A stretch of 29,664 nt of DNA. Origin: a virus (taxonomy: Duplodnaviria; Heunggongvirae; Uroviricota; Caudoviricetes). Position numbers and translations under genes: made by a program. Under the pieces are notes generated by a model. The model made no database searches and was not told the DNA's origin. It saw only the letters and a program-made list of their open reading frames with translations. Location of the stretch: the IMG/VR virus record IMGVR_UViG_3300009034_000003. The stretch is one strand, 5' to 3'. How positions within the stretch are numbered: the first letter of the stretch is position 1; the number at the start of each line of letters is the position of its first letter. Positions 1 through 9,105 of this stretch are shown one piece after another.

Positions 1-30
1 GTTCGGTATGTCTACATTCACCCAAAACAT
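1..30 (-). CDS. Partial CDS (N-terminus MFWVNVDIPN), runs off window edge
   Basis: GGAGG RBS 7 nt upstream of ATG at 30. Confidence 0.4.
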   Translation of the reverse strand, partial: MFWVNVDIPN

Positions 31-88
31 GATACAACCTCCTTGGTCTTTGTTATTGAGATGCTACAGCTGCCCCTCGCTCATTGTC

Positions 89-664
89 CTACAGAGAGAC
101 GACTATGTCCATCTGCTCTCTATCCATCGGGTACTCGAGCGATACATCCTCCGGAAGAGTCTCAGCAAGGGCTGACATGATATCAAAGACTTCTCTCCAG
201 TCTACAGGATTGTCGTTTACCGAAACAACAATCTTCTTTATTGATAGTGACGTCATCTCCTGTCCATTGTCAGGAGGAACGACAGAGACTCTCTCTGCTC
301 CCAGTCCGTAGAGCCGGTGAGCAATCTTGACTCCTCTATCAGGAGCTGCCTCCAAGGCACCGTCATCAAGAGTTGCGTCATAGAGCTGACGGGCGGTTGG
401 TGCGTCCCTGAAAGCGATCCTTGACGAGGAATTCTCCTCAAGCCATTTCAACGCTTCAGGTATCTCTTTACCTTGAGGACTAACCACCTTGTCGAGCACA
501 GCGAGTATATAGTTTATTTGCTTGTCGCTGAGTGTAGGATGATTACCTTCCAGCGTGTGCTGTGTCTCGCCGACATCGCCTTGCTCCAAGAGGAATTTGA
601 TTGTCTCTACCTCTTCCTCCGGTATGTCTATTATCACTGCTCCTTCTTCTATTTCGAACTTCAT
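89..664 (-). CDS. Hypothetical protein, C-terminal EAxxWLxxN...LYxxGA family domain
   Basis: 191 aa ORF, AGGAAAGG RBS; motif shared with 8753-9040 and 18271-18630. Confidence 0.8.
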   Translation of the reverse strand: MKFEIEEGAVIIDIPEEEVETIKFLLEQGDVGETQHTLEGNHPTLSDKQINYILAVLDKVVSPQGKEIPEALKWLEENSSSRIAFRDAPTARQLYDATLDDGALEAAPDRGVKIAHRLYGLGAERVSVVPPDNGQEMTSLSIKKIVVSVNDNPVDWREVFDIMSALAETLPEDVSLEYPMDREQMDIVVSL

Positions 665-763
665 AGGCCTTTCCTTTCACGGAGTCTTTGCTCCGTTGTA
701 CAAGCGCTAGGAGCAGCTGTTTAGCACCTCAACATGTACGATCAATCTACAAAAACAAACGTC

Positions 764-783
764 GTGTCGTTATATTATATGAC
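764..783 (-). promoter_or_regulatory. Leftward promoter -10 element (GTCA-TATAAT-ATAACGACAC)
   Basis: TATAAT in the recurrent CATATAATATA context; near-identical to 17229-17249; no consensus -35. Confidence 0.55.
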
Positions 784-952
784 GAAATCATGTTAATATA
801 ACGTAAAATTTACAAGTTGAAGTTAGAGCGGGGACCCTATAAAATTCCGCGATAGATACACGGTTGCTATAAATAACCCGGCTTTTTTGTGATCTCACCT
901 AAGCCCCCGCGCTAAGACGATGTTTAACTGTTCCGATTTATGTTACGATAAA

Positions 953-1111
953 CTAGCTGTTCCTCGTTGTTATTTTCTGGGAGAGCTCCTGTAGAATGCA
1001 ACGTGCATCTCCTAGCTCCTCTACATCGTCCTCGGTGAAAGTGTCCGGGCTCCATTCCTCCAGGCCCTCTGCAAGCGACTTTATCTCCTTGATCAATGAT
1101 TCTGGACCCAT
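953..1111 (-). CDS. Small acidic hypothetical protein (52 aa, MGPESLIKEIK...)
   Basis: Manual translation; GGAGG RBS; below the ORF-track length cutoff. Confidence 0.7.
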   Translation of the reverse strand: MGPESLIKEIKSLAEGLEEWSPDTFTEDDVEELGDARCILQELSQKITTRNS

Positions 1112-1125
1112 TGTGTGTACCTCCT

Positions 1126-1350
1126 TTACCCGCGGGACTCGACCGCTCTAGCCATTGTATCAGCTGCTACTTCTCGGTGACCCATCTTCTCGATGCTATC
1201 GGCCACCGCATGTAGCCCCTCGTGGATCAGCATTCCACTTATCAAGGTTGCTATTGCAAGTCTTTTATTTGCGTTGTTACCCGATAGTATAGTGTTTGCA
1301 TCGGGTGCAAGTTCTTTGACTCTGTTTAGTAGGTCGGTCTTCCTCGACAT
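1126..1350 (-). CDS. Hypothetical protein
   Basis: 74 aa ORF tiling with neighbours. Confidence 0.7.
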   Translation of the reverse strand: MSRKTDLLNRVKELAPDANTILSGNNANKRLAIATLISGMLIHEGLHAVADSIEKMGHREVAADTMARAVESRG

Positions 1351-1351
1351 T

Positions 1352-1531
1352 CTAGCTCACCACCTTTTTGATAATAGTTTGGGTACTGACTCCGGCTCTT
1401 ATTGCAAGGTAGATAGTTACGAAGAGTACTGCCGGACCTGACGCTAGTAGTAGTCCTGGAGCACCTGAGAACAAGATGGCGTTCCCAATTCCCACTAGTG
1501 CTGTTATTCCTAAGCCTTTGGAGAATGACAT
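1352..1531 (-). CDS. Small membrane protein (59 aa, MSFSKGLGITALVGIG...)
   Basis: Manual translation; TAATG overlap with upstream gene; two hydrophobic segments. Confidence 0.7.
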   Translation of the reverse strand: MSFSKGLGITALVGIGNAILFSGAPGLLLASGPAVLFVTIYLAIRAGVSTQTIIKKVVS

Positions 1532-1743
1532 TATTTGTGCTCCTTGTCAAGGTCTTTGAGGCATGAAAGAGCCCAGTCTGTTTCCATAGTAACCGTTCCC
1601 TTGATCGGTGGTCCTATGTCAAGAGTAATGTCTACCTCTATTGTCTCATTTCCTATTCGGATGTCGTGATACATTTGCCCTAGGTCCATTTCTTCATAGC
1701 AGTGATCTAGAAGGCGTATCACATCCTTCTTAGTTATCTTCAT
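1531..1743 (-). CDS. Hypothetical protein
   Basis: 70 aa, GGAGGAGG RBS. Confidence 0.75.
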   Translation of the reverse strand: MKITKKDVIRLLDHCYEEMDLGQMYHDIRIGNETIEVDITLDIGPPIKGTVTMETDWALSCLKDLDKEHK

Positions 1744-1759
1744 CTATCCTCCTCCTTAC

Positions 1760-1975
1760 TCACATTGTTCCTACATGACCATGAATGCCACAGAGTTCCT
1801 TTATTATCTTTTCCTGCTGTGCACTGATTCGTGCCAGGAGCTTCGCTATGAGGAGTGTGTCCATCCTCACAACTGCCTCGGGTTCCGCAGCTTGGAGTTC
1901 ACATAGAGCTTGGTCTAGGATTTGTGTGCTTCTATCTTGGATAAGCTTTTCTCTCATTTCGTCCGTCTCTGTCAT
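1760..1975 (-). CDS. Hypothetical helical protein
   Basis: 71 aa, TAATG overlap with upstream gene. Confidence 0.75.
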   Translation of the reverse strand: MTETDEMREKLIQDRSTQILDQALCELQAAEPEAVVRMDTLLIAKLLARISAQQEKIIKELCGIHGHVGTM

Positions 1976-2382
1976 TATATTTCCACCTCCTCTGTAAGCT
2001 CGATCATATCACACAGAATCGTTCCGTGGGGACAAGCACTCAGAGGGAAGGTCATCGCATGCTCGTTAGTTTTGATCCAGAGCATCCATGCGCTTGTAGT
2101 ATCTCTAATGAACTTACACTTGTACACTCTGAAGTTGCTCCGCTCGAACCTTGGACTTAGTCCTTCGTTCGCAAAGAATTTCTTCACATGTCTTTTCGTG
2201 GCGAGACACGCAACCGGTCCATCTCCTTCTCTGGGCCTTGTCTCTATGCCGATCCCGTACTCAAGTCCATCGAAGTCAGGATCTGCTATTAGATTGAACG
2301 TTGTGTACGACATCAACTTGACGCCTCCGGCATCGTCAATTGGAACTACTCTAACGACCTTGTAGCCTATTTCACGTTCCAT
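1975..2382 (-). CDS. Hypothetical phage protein
   Basis: 135 aa ORF tiling with neighbours. Confidence 0.8.
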   Translation of the reverse strand: MEREIGYKVVRVVPIDDAGGVKLMSYTTFNLIADPDFDGLEYGIGIETRPREGDGPVACLATKRHVKKFFANEGLSPRFERSNFRVYKCKFIRDTTSAWMLWIKTNEHAMTFPLSACPHGTILCDMIELTEEVEI

Positions 2383-2388
2383 AGTTGT

Positions 2389-3120
2389 TTACTCCAAGGG
2401 TACCGGAGGATCTATCTGGTGATCCTCACATAGCGCTTGCAAGTAGCTTGAGAAGTCCATGACTTCCTTTTCACGCCACATAGCATCGAAACCTCTTTCC
2501 CAGAAATCCCTTATCGCCATCACCTTTAGAGCAGCGGCAAGCTCCTTGTCTATGGCGATGACAAAGCCAATGATAGTGTGCGTTAGTATATGCCCCTCTG
2601 CTACTTCCTTCGTGAGCAAAGGATGACCTGCCCAGCAGTATACATCGATGGCGAGTTCATCAGGGATCTCGAAGGTCAGGTTCTCCTCTTTGAGTATGTT
2701 GTTACCTACTCCCTCTCTGAACAGGGCCTCCCTGATGGTCTTGTCCCCTTTGCAGATGTCAACTAGGCAGCTGAATATCCTATCTCCCGACACGGATCTT
2801 ACAGGTTCCTTGTTCAGGAAGACCGCGACGGTTCCTATCACATCGTCCTCGGGTTCCTTGCTCAAGAGATAGTTCTCTGCTTCAGTTATGTAGTAATGCT
2901 CGACTCTTTGTATAGTACCAACGATGCTCAATGTGTCAAGAAGATCGTCGATAACATCCTCGATGTTCTCTTCGGGATCGCACATCATCCGCTCTTTCCA
3001 CCAATCCACTGCGACCCCAAGTTTTGTTGGTTCCCATCCGGCTTCTATAGCATCCCGAACAGTTTTGCTGTTAGAGTTTTCCTTCAGCCATTCGAGCACT
3101 ATTTCTCTAAAGTCCTTCAT
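2389..3120 (-). CDS. Hypothetical protein (243 aa), TVxxAIxxGWxP family
   Basis: Start moved to ATG 3120 (AAGGAGG RBS); N-terminus similar to 5621-6277. Confidence 0.8.
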   Translation of the reverse strand: MKDFREIVLEWLKENSNSKTVRDAIEAGWEPTKLGVAVDWWKERMMCDPEENIEDVIDDLLDTLSIVGTIQRVEHYYITEAENYLLSKEPEDDVIGTVAVFLNKEPVRSVSGDRIFSCLVDICKGDKTIREALFREGVGNNILKEENLTFEIPDELAIDVYCWAGHPLLTKEVAEGHILTHTIIGFVIAIDKELAAALKVMAIRDFWERGFDAMWREKEVMDFSSYLQALCEDHQIDPPVPLE

Positions 3121-3134
3121 GTTATAGAACCTCC

Positions 3135-3380
3135 TTACTTCTTGTAGTAGCTGACGGTCAGGTCGAGGAGAGCGCACATCTTATCGCCGTCTCCGATGCC
3201 TATACAAGATGCGCCGTTCCCGTTACATTCGCACAATTTGTATTGAGACCTATGAACCTCCTCGACTATGAACCATCCGTTTGTTATTTCAGCTTGGTCG
3301 ATTTCACTCACTACACCTACGAATTCGGTGCCAGAGAGTTCTGCTAGTTCCCTTAGCTTGGATCTCATTGTCTGACTCAT
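3135..3380 (-). CDS. Hypothetical protein
   Basis: 81 aa ORF tiling with neighbours. Confidence 0.7.
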   Translation of the reverse strand: MSQTMRSKLRELAELSGTEFVGVVSEIDQAEITNGWFIVEEVHRSQYKLCECNGNGASCIGIGDGDKMCALLDLTVSYYKK

Positions 3381-3387
3381 CTGTTAA

Positions 3388-3597
3388 TCACCTCCAAGGG
3401 TACTTGAAGAAGAGGTAGATGCCTTTGAACTGGTATAGTATAAAGAGTAATGCTCGTTTGTACCAGGGCACCTTGTGCTTCCACTTAGAGCATCCAAAGC
3501 CTGAAGGCACTCCGCGTTCCGATACCTCACAGAGATAGTCTGTGGTGCCTACACGAATATCGGTTAAGTGCCTACAGTTACTGCAGCGCTCCTTCAT
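3388..3597 (-). CDS. Cys-rich small protein with C-terminal hydrophobic segment
   Basis: CxxC...C...C plus aromatic/hydrophobic tail; GGAG RBS. Confidence 0.7.
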   Translation of the reverse strand: MKERCSNCRHLTDIRVGTTDYLCEVSERGVPSGFGCSKWKHKVPWYKRALLFILYQFKGIYLFFKYPWR

Positions 3598-3609
3598 CTG
3601 GACTCTCCT

Positions 3610-3939
3610 CTAGCCTACAGAAACAGTGCGGCTTTCAGGTAGCGGGAGCTCTTCTGTGATTGCTTTCCAGGACACATATTTCTTCCTGACGAACTCTTCT
3701 ACCTTACCTGCCCACGCGAGTGCTTGCCAACGGAACACGAAGGTGTCAGAGCACTTGTGGGATAGGTATTTAGTCTTGGCTGTGTCATCGATAATTACTC
3801 TTGGTCCGATGAAGGGGATCTCATCGCCGAAGATCCTCCTACTCTTATAGTCTCCTGCGTCTATGACAACCGCCGTAACTCTGATCTGATGGTCTTTCGG
3901 ATGCTTTTCAATCTTCTCGTAGCTAAATGTAAGTTTCAT
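3610..3939 (-). CDS. Hypothetical protein (109 aa)
   Basis: Start moved to ATG 3939 (AAGGAGG RBS). Confidence 0.75.
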   Translation of the reverse strand: MKLTFSYEKIEKHPKDHQIRVTAVVIDAGDYKSRRIFGDEIPFIGPRVIIDDTAKTKYLSHKCSDTFVFRWQALAWAGKVEEFVRKKYVSWKAITEELPLPESRTVSVG

Positions 3940-3940
3940 T

Positions 3941-4141
3941 CTATTCCTCCTTGGGTACAAAGACCCGTTTGAATGCACCTAGAACCATTGTCTTTCCACA
4001 ACACTGGAACTCGTGGTCGTCAGGATAGCTCCAATAGTCCCCAGCGTTAGCTGAGTATTGAGCGTCGCACTCTGTACAATACATTATTGTTGCGTCATCA
4101 GTTCCGGTCTGGTTTTTAAGATTCCTTTTTATTGCTAGCAC
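3941..4141 (-). CDS. Zinc-ribbon-like protein
   Basis: CTEC...CCG motif. Confidence 0.7.
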   Translation of the reverse strand: MLAIKRNLKNQTGTDDATIMYCTECDAQYSANAGDYWSYPDDHEFQCCGKTMVLGAFKRVFVPKEE

Positions 4142-4664
4142 TTCTGAACTCCTTTTCTGCTCTCCCGATCCGTTCCGCGATCTTGGGTAGCGTGTTCAGG
4201 CATTTAGGTAACGTCGAAGCATTCTCATAGAAGTTCCCTACCACACTACAATTCTCAAAGAACTCCTCATCGGTAACGAACAGCTCACAGCTCGGTCTCC
4301 AGTCTGAGTGAGGCAGTTCCCCTCTGTAGCTTTCGTCCAGTCCAAACCTAATAATAGTGAAGTACCACAGCTCGGGGACGACTAGTCCTCGCTCGATCCC
4401 GACTGTCTCACCTTGTTCCCTGATCTTGCGTTCAATGACATCGAGTTCAAAGATATTGTTTCCGTTCCTATCTTTTATTCCGATCCACTGCATCGGAGAA
4501 CTACAAGTGCCCGGGAGCGGTGGCCTGAAAGTTATTCCTCCTTCAGTGTACTGTGTGGCGTTACAATCTCGGTACCAGACCTTCGCGAGTGTAGCCAAGT
4601 CGATAGAGAAGTAGTGCATCTGATTTGTCCATTCACCGTATGCTCTGAACAATAGTGCTCTCAT
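4116..4664 (-). CDS. YopX family phage protein
   Basis: N-terminal FRAY, central MQWIGIKDRNGNNIFELDVI and C-terminal VVGNFYEN match the YopX pattern. Confidence 0.8.
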   Translation of the reverse strand: MRALLFRAYGEWTNQMHYFSIDLATLAKVWYRDCNATQYTEGGITFRPPLPGTCSSPMQWIGIKDRNGNNIFELDVIERKIREQGETVGIERGLVVPELWYFTIIRFGLDESYRGELPHSDWRPSCELFVTDEEFFENCSVVGNFYENASTLPKCLNTLPKIAERIGRAEKEFRSASNKKES

Positions 4665-4667
4665 TGT

Positions 4668-4982
4668 TCATCCCTCCTTGAGGTCGTTTAGATAGTTGAT
4701 CGAGGCTTCGTCTTTGGCTAGGGACTTTGCGAACTCGAACAGCTCATCGTCTCCGCACTCATTGGCATAGTGTCCGAGTATCTCAGCAGCAATATCTAGG
4801 TCCTCGAAGACGAGCTTGCCTGCGACCTTTGTGCACGGGCGATAGACCTTTATCGGAATGGTCACCTTGTTCCTTTCAACCTGGATGTCACCCATTGTGA
4901 TCTTCTCTATGGTATCACCAAGTAACCAATCCTTCAAGGCTCGTTTCGTTTCTCTGTTGAGTTTAACGCTTTTGTATAACAT
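4668..4982 (-). CDS. Hypothetical protein
   Basis: 104 aa ORF tiling with neighbours. Confidence 0.75.
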   Translation of the reverse strand: MLYKSVKLNRETKRALKDWLLGDTIEKITMGDIQVERNKVTIPIKVYRPCTKVAGKLVFEDLDIAAEILGHYANECGDDELFEFAKSLAKDEASINYLNDLKEG

Positions 4983-4985
4983 CGT

Positions 4986-5312
4986 TCATCTCCTCTCAAG
5001 CCTGTTGTAGTTCAGATCCCAGTTGAGTCGTCCGAACTCAGAAACGCCTTTATCAGTGAGATTCCACCTGAAGAGATCCGAGCAGAGACTATCTGCGATG
5101 ACCACAAAGCCTCTTACTCCGAGGTCTTGCATTACTCCTAGCTGTCCTATAAAGCCATGTTCACTTGCTATCTCATGCTCGATGATGTCCACTTCTCCAC
5201 TAGCGGGGTCAACCATCCATTCCTTGTTACCAGTAGCCGCTCTGAGTCGGTCGCCAGCGTCCAGTGGCCTATTCTTTTTCCACTTCAGGTTGTACTTAAA
5301 CAGTATCTGCAT
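4986..5312 (-). CDS. Hypothetical protein
   Basis: 108 aa ORF tiling with neighbours. Confidence 0.75.
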   Translation of the reverse strand: MQILFKYNLKWKKNRPLDAGDRLRAATGNKEWMVDPASGEVDIIEHEIASEHGFIGQLGVMQDLGVRGFVVIADSLCSDLFRWNLTDKGVSEFGRLNWDLNYNRLERR

Positions 5313-5329
5313 TGACTGCTACCTTCTTT

Positions 5330-5533
5330 CTATACAACCGCTGGATCAGGCTGTAGTGAGTTGTTGGCCCTTTTGATCAGTTTATTATACTTCTCCGCGC
5401 ATCTGGAACATATACCACGATCACAGATCATGTAGTCACTGCCCAAGTGACACCAGCACATAGGACACGTTGCGTCTCTACTCCGATAGTCCTTTGGGTT
5501 CTGTTCCACCCATACAAATGAACTGCCTGTCAT
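5330..5533 (-). CDS. Zinc-finger-like small protein (start uncertain)
   Basis: CPMC...CxxC; overlaps 5478-5603 by 56 nt. Confidence 0.5.
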   Translation of the reverse strand: MTGSSFVWVEQNPKDYRSRDATCPMCWCHLGSDYMICDRGICSRCAEKYNKLIKRANNSLQPDPAVV

Positions 5534-5603
5534 AGGGAGCTAGTGCACTCCACCATTTCTTTGTTCTCTTAACTGACTTCACAAGGTCTATTCGTTCAAA
5601 CAT
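5478..5603 (-). CDS. Small hypothetical protein (41 aa, MFERIDLVKSVK...)
   Basis: Manual translation; GAGGAGG RBS. Confidence 0.5.
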   Translation of the reverse strand: MFERIDLVKSVKRTKKWWSALAPYDRQFICMGGTEPKGLSE

Positions 5604-5620
5604 TGTTAGTTAACCTCCTC

Positions 5621-6277
5621 TTAGGGATTGAACTTAGACGGAACATCGCCCGAAAGGATCTCTTTCAATTCCTTCAGGTAATATGTGTTCTTGACCCTTT
5701 CTTCTGCCCACTTGTACCACTGTCTCGCTTCCTCTTTTGTCTTGGATCCCGCCATAGAGTAGAAGGCAATCAAGTGGATACCCAGATCAAGATTAGGGAA
5801 CGTCAGCCTTCCTCTTATACACGCACTCCCTATCGATATTGTTACATCTGGAATATAGTGCATGCCGTCCTCTTTGAGTAGGGTCTTATTGTTGAAGTGG
5901 ACAAGGTTAGCTCTACTTTCTCCAATGTCCTTTGCTAGACCGTCACACGCTTCCTCGCTAAGAGTCGTTTCTTCAATAGTCATTTCGTTTTCTATTAGAG
6001 CAATTTCTGAATCTGCAAGGAAGCATTCTGCTTGGTATACAAAGGTGGGAGCAAGAGCTTCTACTACTTCCTCATAGGGGTGCGCTTCCACGAGGTGCTC
6101 CGCATAACCGTCTCCTATTTTCAACTCTGCACAGACTGTATAATACCTTTCGATGGCGTCATCAACATCAGGTGTCCATCCCAGGTTAATTGCTTCTGCT
6201 ACTGTCGCTTTGCCTTCGAACTCTATACTTCTTAAGCAACTAAGGATGTCGTGGGTAAGGCATTCTTTTATCAACAT
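5621..6277 (-). CDS. Hypothetical protein, TVxxAIxxGWxP family
   Basis: 218 aa, AAGGAGG RBS. Confidence 0.8.
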   Translation of the reverse strand: MLIKECLTHDILSCLRSIEFEGKATVAEAINLGWTPDVDDAIERYYTVCAELKIGDGYAEHLVEAHPYEEVVEALAPTFVYQAECFLADSEIALIENEMTIEETTLSEEACDGLAKDIGESRANLVHFNNKTLLKEDGMHYIPDVTISIGSACIRGRLTFPNLDLGIHLIAFYSMAGSKTKEEARQWYKWAEERVKNTYYLKELKEILSGDVPSKFNP

Positions 6278-6310
6278 TTTATTGGTACCTCCTTGAAAGT
6301 AATGCTAGCT

Positions 6311-6742
6311 CTATGTATCAAAGCTCAGCCAATCATCTCCGCCTTCATCGCTTTGGATCTCGGCCAGGTCTAGCAAGATCTTTCTCCCTAGTGCATGTAG
6401 GATCGGTTCGCGACTCTTAAAGCACATAGCTACTACTGTGCCATGAGTCTCCCCGTTGTCACAATAGATCCTGTTCCATGCATAGAGGTAAGAGGTCTTG
6501 TCTTGCTCTGCCTGTTCATAGATCTCGAGGTCCTTTTTGTCGCCGGAGGAGAGCTCGTCATCATCGAGTTCCTCCCTCATATGGAGAGCCCAATCCTCGA
6601 GCACGAACCGGATGTACTTCTCTACATCCTCGACTGATGTCGCGGCATTGCGGTTATTGTAGAAATCCGCAAAGCACCAGTTATCAAAACAGCTCTCGAA
6701 AAGCTTTTGTACTCGTTCATCTTCTTCGGCAATGAACTCCAT
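6311..6742 (-). CDS. Acidic hypothetical protein
   Basis: 143 aa, GGAGG RBS. Confidence 0.8.
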   Translation of the reverse strand: MEFIAEEDERVQKLFESCFDNWCFADFYNNRNAATSVEDVEKYIRFVLEDWALHMREELDDDELSSGDKKDLEIYEQAEQDKTSYLYAWNRIYCDNGETHGTVVAMCFKSREPILHALGRKILLDLAEIQSDEGGDDWLSFDT

Positions 6743-6745
6743 CAG

Positions 6746-7015
6746 TTACCTCCCTCTGGCGTATCTGGGGCCAGGATAGTCAGTTACTTGCATCGCAAAG
6801 CTTTTCATAGCGCTGACGAAGCATCGCTCTACTGCTCTCTTCAGATTATCTTTCATCTCATCATGGATTTGTTCTTGTGTACTCATAGGCAAACTTTTGT
6901 ACAATGCCAGGAGAACTGTGTTAGCCATCGTTGGTCTTATGCACCCAGTTACTCCATCGATCGTATCAAAGTTAAGATCCTGAGCGTCCACTCGTAGGAT
7001 TGTAAAATCGGACAT
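6746..7015 (-). CDS. Hypothetical protein
   Basis: 89 aa, GGAGG RBS. Confidence 0.75.
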   Translation of the reverse strand: MSDFTILRVDAQDLNFDTIDGVTGCIRPTMANTVLLALYKSLPMSTQEQIHDEMKDNLKRAVERCFVSAMKSFAMQVTDYPGPRYARGR

Positions 7016-7047
7016 CTAGTGTTACCTCCGTTCCCCTTCTCGGGCTA

Positions 7048-7461
7048 TTATTTTGTTAACTTTCGTAGTGCTAGGTCTACACTACTAGGTGTCTCTTCTT
7101 TTTCCTTTAGCTTTATTCGACACATCTCTCCGCCTGGTCGTTCAATGATAACATCATCCGGCCTGACTTCGAGAATGCAATGGTTGCTTGGTCCCCAACG
7201 AGTGAGAGCAAATGAGAGCACCGTCTCTGCAAGTTCAGGGTCATCAACGGTACGGAGCCTGTCGAGTTCCTTTTCTGTAATGAGCCCTTTCTCATGCATC
7301 CCCACTGCGAAGTCCTCCCAAGGATCGTAAGGATGGAAATCAAAAGCTTTGAGTGCTTCTGCATAGTTCTCTGTTTTCACAGCTCTCAAGTTTTCTATCC
7401 CAGGCAGGCCTCCTTCTTCAAGCTCAATGAGGATGTAGGTGTTCAGTTTCTTTTCAGCCAT
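7048..7461 (-). CDS. Hypothetical protein
   Basis: 137 aa, overlaps upstream stop. Confidence 0.75.
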   Translation of the reverse strand: MAEKKLNTYILIELEEGGLPGIENLRAVKTENYAEALKAFDFHPYDPWEDFAVGMHEKGLITEKELDRLRTVDDPELAETVLSFALTRWGPSNHCILEVRPDDVIIERPGGEMCRIKLKEKEETPSSVDLALRKLTK

Positions 7462-7966
7462 TAGTTGCTGCCTCCCTTTCTTCTAAAGTGGTAGTGGTAC
7501 ACTTCAGCATTTGTTCCCATCTATGTCCGGAGTGCCGATCCGCTGGTACGTCCCTTAGGAATATTGCTTTCCCATGAGTCGCTTTGCTTACTCGTTCGCT
7601 TGCTGTGTATATCGAGGCGTCTGTAGGATACTCCTCGAGCATTATCTCTAGTTGCTTCTCAAGGTCATCCCAGTCAAACATCACTAAGAACATAGCGCAT
7701 CCGTTCTCTTCATCTATAAAGAGGCTGGAAGTCTGGAACTCTCTGCGCTCTCCGTGGTAGAAGTACTCTACATGCAAGGTGAGATTGACTAACGGCGGAG
7801 GGATCAACTCTTTGTGGACACTGTGCCATATCCATTCACCTTCAGTATAGAAAACGCCTCTACATTCATTCAGAGTCTCTATTAGGTTATCCAGCTCTTC
7901 TTCGCTAGATACCCTCCAGTTCACCACCTGGATTCTTTTGTGTTTAGTTAAGATTCCTTGACACAT
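7454..7966 (-). CDS. Hypothetical protein
   Basis: 170 aa ORF tiling with neighbours. Confidence 0.75.
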   Translation of the reverse strand: MCQGILTKHKRIQVVNWRVSSEEELDNLIETLNECRGVFYTEGEWIWHSVHKELIPPPLVNLTLHVEYFYHGERREFQTSSLFIDEENGCAMFLVMFDWDDLEKQLEIMLEEYPTDASIYTASERVSKATHGKAIFLRDVPADRHSGHRWEQMLKCTTTTLEEREAATNG

Positions 7967-7975
7967 TTTTCTGCA

Positions 7976-8329
7976 TTACCTCTTTTCTACTTCAAGGTCA
8001 AATGCACGACATATACTGACCATCAATGTCTCCATACACATAGACGCGATCTCGTCTGCGTCAGCTAGTCCAATCTCAAGAGCGCGTTCAATGGTAGGGA
8101 ACTCTATTCCTTTGAGCCCCTGGGCAATTGCTAGCGGAATGTAGAAGTAGTCATAGTCCCCTAGTATATTATCGAACCACTCTCCGTAGTCATCGCCAGG
8201 AGGAATAGATGTATTGTCCCTGAAGTCCTTTTCGATTGCTTCCTGGGCAGTCATCTCTCTTATATCGAAGATAACTATTCCCCAGAAAGGGTTAGTTTCA
8301 CTTTCAGATACTACACAAACTGCTGCCAT
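7976..8329 (-). CDS. Acidic hypothetical protein
   Basis: 117 aa, AAGGAGG RBS. Confidence 0.8.
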   Translation of the reverse strand: MAAVCVVSESETNPFWGIVIFDIREMTAQEAIEKDFRDNTSIPPGDDYGEWFDNILGDYDYFYIPLAIAQGLKGIEFPTIERALEIGLADADEIASMCMETLMVSICRAFDLEVEKR

Positions 8330-8347
8330 TGGTGTTACCTCCTTTTC

Positions 8348-8737
8348 CTATATGCGTTCCTTGATAGCCTCGAACAGTTTTATCTCTGTCCGGAGTCCAG
8401 CAATAATTGCTTTGGCTATCTCATCCGCGTCCACGGACATTCCTTGTAGTTGCTTGGTCCTAGCAACAGCATCACAGACCCGATTCATTTTATCTCTCCT
8501 AGCACGGATGGCGTTACTAATTGCTATCCTCGAGCCGGTACGTCGCTTCTTTTCATTTATCTTACCAGGTACTCCTATGTTGCCAGAAACAGGTTCTAGC
8601 CACTTCTCTTGTCCTTCCTCAACGAATCGGTAGTGCATAGATCCAGGAGGCCCTTGTGCTCTGATTATATTTGAGACGGAGAACAGATCTTCAATGCTTA
8701 ACTGCGTGGTACCGATCTTTCCTTTGTACTTGTACAT
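8348..8737 (-). CDS. Basic hypothetical protein with helical C-terminus
   Basis: 129 aa, AAGGAG RBS. Confidence 0.75.
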   Translation of the reverse strand: MYKYKGKIGTTQLSIEDLFSVSNIIRAQGPPGSMHYRFVEEGQEKWLEPVSGNIGVPGKINEKKRRTGSRIAISNAIRARRDKMNRVCDAVARTKQLQGMSVDADEIAKAIIAGLRTEIKLFEAIKERI

Positions 8738-8752
8738 TTTTCCTATCTCCTT

Positions 8753-9040
8753 CTACCAAGTGTGGACCCATATCAACTCAGGGTCATCCTCGTCACGGCT
8801 TATTTCTTTATAAGGCCCTTCACCAAGGTCTATGAACATGCTGACAAGGTTCGTGCGCTCCTCGGGAAGTCTAATTGCAAAGTCCCCTACCTCGTAGTAG
8901 CCATCCTTATCAGGATCAACCTTAACGAGAATCTCTTTAACGTTATAGTCCTTAAGCCACTCGATGTTTATCTCGCGACCACCTCCAGTAATAAAGTGTT
9001 CGGGGTTCTTTAACCATTCGAATGCATCCATCATCGCCAT
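8753..9040 (-). CDS. Hypothetical protein, probable member of the EAxxWL family
   Basis: DAFEWLKN ... IRLPEE; GGAGG RBS. Confidence 0.75.
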   Translation of the reverse strand: MAMMDAFEWLKNPEHFITGGGREINIEWLKDYNVKEILVKVDPDKDGYYEVGDFAIRLPEERTNLVSMFIDLGEGPYKEISRDEDDPELIWVHTW

Positions 9041-9052
9041 CGGACTACCTCC

Positions 9053-9094
9053 CTACAAGCACTGTTGCAACTGCTATTACAGTAGTGCTTGTAG
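9053..9094. other. Intergenic hairpin, 11-bp perfect stem
   Basis: CTACAAGCACT / AGTGCTTGTAG, immediately upstream of the 9040 RBS. Confidence 0.65.
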
Positions 9095-9105
9095 ACTTGT
9101 AAGTG

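Noticed and set aside
1326-1550. 74-aa ORF from the track
   Set aside because: Overlaps neighbours; the alternative frame 1352-1531 tiles exactly and encodes a plausible membrane protein.
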